Source: Alphaproteobacteria bacterium (GTDB lineage Bacteria > Pseudomonadota > Alphaproteobacteria > Micavibrionales > Micavibrionaceae). From it: a stretch of 64,000 nt of DNA. The stretch spans positions 35,885-99,884 of the forward strand of contig WGMJ01000010.1 of NCBI GenBank assembly GCA_016125135.1, read 5' to 3'. Of the stretch, positions 62,693 through 64,000 are shown piece after piece (the stretch's first letter is position 1; each line of letters opens with the position of its first letter). A program made the translations under genes and the position numbers. Under the pieces are notes generated by a model. The model was not told the DNA's origin and made no database searches. It saw only the letters and a list, made by a program, of their open reading frames with translations.

Positions 62693-62969
62693 GAAAAAGA
62701 TCGCCGTTTTGCTATCTCTATTTGTACTTTGTAGCTGTGCTGAAATGCAAGGGGCTAATAACAGGCCCATGCATTCACAAGCCATGAGTGTGTCTGAAAT
62801 GGGCAAGGTGCTCTCTGACGGGCAAGTGCGTCTTTATGACATTAGCGGTGAACTACCGGCAGAAGCCATGGTGCATAATGTGGACCCGCTGGAAAAATTC
62901 CCGAAAAGCGCCGAGTTTCCAACCACTGATGAACGCGTTGATATCTACGCGCTAACCCCGGGCCAATGA
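62691..62969 (+). CDS. Small putative lipoprotein (92 aa)
   Basis: MKKIAVLLSLFVLCSC signal/lipobox-like N-terminus. Confidence 0.6.
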   Translation: MKKIAVLLSLFVLCSCAEMQGANNRPMHSQAMSVSEMGKVLSDGQVRLYDISGELPAEAMVHNVDPLEKFPKSAEFPTTDERVDIYALTPGQ

Positions 62970-64000
62970 ACGCCAAGCCCCTCCGTTTCGGCATTGCTGG
63001 CCTCGGCGCAGTCGGTGGCGGGGTTTTGCGTATTCTACAGAATCATCCCGTGCATCTTGAACGTCGCGGCGGGTGCCCACTTGTGATCAGTGCTGTTTCA
63101 GGGCGTGACCGCTCAAAAGATCGCGGTGTAAGCATATCCGCGTATGCGTGGGAGGATGATGCCATCAAACTCGCCAGCCGTGATGATGTTGATATTGTTG
63201 TCGAACTGATCGGCGGCGATGAAGGCGTTGCCCGCACGCTCGTAGAAACCGCACTCAAGAACGGCAAGCCCGTGATTACGGCGAATAAGGCGTTGCTTGC
63301 CAAACATGGTTTGGCGTTGGCGCAACTGGCCGAGAAAAACGAATTACCGCTGTGCTATGAAGCGGCAGTTGGTGGTGGTACACCGATGATCAAGATGATG
63401 CGCGAGGCACTGACAGCCAACGCGATTTTGAAATTCCGTGGTATTTTAAACGGCAGTACAAATTTTATTCTGAGTGAAATACGCGATAGCGGCAGAAGCT
63501 ATGATGCAGTCATTGCCGAAGCAAAAGAAAAGGGTTTTCTCGAGGCTGACCCATCGCTTGATATTGACGGGCATGATGCTGGCCACAAGCTTTGTATTTT
63601 GGGCAGTATTGCTTTTGGGATCAAACCCGCGCTGGATAAATTGCCACGTACAGGTATTGGAAAAATTAAACTGGAAGATATCCAGAACGCCGAAAGTAAT
63701 GGCTACCGCTTTAAACTTGTTTGCTGGGCCGAGCGCCATGAAAAGGGCGTGGTTACGCTTGCTGTTGAGGCTGGTTTGGTACCGCGTGACTCTATTATGG
63801 CCCGTGTTGAAAAGGGCAAGAATATATTGATGGTGCAGGGTGACTCCGTTGGCTCCAGCCTTTGTGAAGGCATGGGGGCTGGCCCGGGGCCTACAGCGTC
63901 TGCGGTTGTTGCGGATATGGTTGATATTGCGCGTGGCGGGCGCACAGATTCAGTTTTTGGTGTTGCAGCGAATGACTTGCTGGACGGTAATTTTGTATCA
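62966..64000 (+). CDS. hom: Homoserine dehydrogenase (partial; runs off the window)
   Basis: My own translation from the ATG at 62966 gives MNAKPLRFGIAGLGAVGGGV...VITANKALLA...YEAAVGGGTPMI...GILNGSTNFIL...EADPSLDIDGHDAGHKL. It is absent from the ORF track because there is no stop in the window. It has an ATGA overlap with the upstream gene. Confidence 0.93.
   Translation, partial: MNAKPLRFGIAGLGAVGGGVLRILQNHPVHLERRGGCPLVISAVSGRDRSKDRGVSISAYAWEDDAIKLASRDDVDIVVELIGGDEGVARTLVETALKNGKPVITANKALLAKHGLALAQLAEKNELPLCYEAAVGGGTPMIKMMREALTANAILKFRGILNGSTNFILSEIRDSGRSYDAVIAEAKEKGFLEADPSLDIDGHDAGHKLCILGSIAFGIKPALDKLPRTGIGKIKLEDIQNAESNGYRFKLVCWAERHEKGVVTLAVEAGLVPRDSIMARVEKGKNILMVQGDSVGSSLCEGMGAGPGPTASAVVADMVDIARGGRTDSVFGVAANDLLDGNFVS

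Noticed and set aside
62693-62806. The N-terminal extension of phaC in the ORF track (MPISDTLMACECMG...).
   Set aside because: It would run antisense through the lipoprotein gene. PhaC homologs begin near the MVQTVPQ... region, so the ATG at 62692 is preferred.
1-64000. A search for CRISPR arrays, rRNA genes, IS transposases with inverted repeats, and retron- or integron-like structures.
   Set aside because: No regularly spaced direct repeats with unique spacers were seen. No rRNA-like conserved stretches and no transposase-like or reverse-transcriptase-like translations appeared in the six-frame track. The only tandem repeats found are the 24-bp and roughly 60-bp coding repeats reported above.

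Overview
The window looks like part of an alphaproteobacterial chromosome. This is inferred from gene content only (olsB-olsA, DUF2336, DUF3126, bfd/bfr, grxC, rplM-rpsI, phaC, hom); no database search was possible.

The left third (1 to about 22.4 kb) is the right-hand part of a prophage-like integrative element that ends beside tRNA-Tyr(GTA). It carries:
- a lambda-type head and packaging module on the minus strand (capsid E, decoration D, S49 protease, portal, gpW, TerL, TerS);
- an AT-rich opposite-strand moron;
- two orphan DNA methyltransferases: a ParB-N + N6/N4 MTase, and a C5-MTase whose roughly 1.2 kb is stop-free in two same-strand frames that both carry MTase-like motifs;
- hipBA;
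- a roughly 5.6-kb copper-resistance operon (csoR, permease, CopL-like, copA, copB, DUF2231, CopG/YHS-like) behind tandem CsoR-type operators;
- early and replication genes with an iteron-like ori inside an HTH gene;
- a DUF2924 + large serine recombinase module.

The rest is chromosomal: rlmB, bfd, ppiase, hupB, lon, clpP (no clpX between them), acnA, DUF2336, bfr, ubiH-like, grxC, waaA, olsA/olsB, ldcA, pgk, pip, an M48 protease, an esterase, rplM-rpsI, queD, a gamma-CA-like gene, a VOC gene, phaC and hom (partial).

Two chromosomal loci look accessory and poorly explained:
1. A four-gene array of large peptidoglycan hydrolases alternating M23 / SLT / M23 / SLT (23.7-30.9 kb). Genes 2 and 3 share an N-terminal module with a hydrophobic putative anchor segment and an upstream AT-rich motif; gene 1 has a signal peptide instead.
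2. An AT-rich island (36.5-41.7 kb) holding two paralogous 211-aa XRE regulators. Each is divergent from a cargo unit: three tandem paralogous small genes, and a 406-aa protein with a HAD-like DVDGTL motif. A SAM methyltransferase sits at one end, and a 2H phosphoesterase coupled to acnA sits at the other.

I saw no rRNA genes, CRISPR arrays or IS transposases. All family assignments come from reading the translations.
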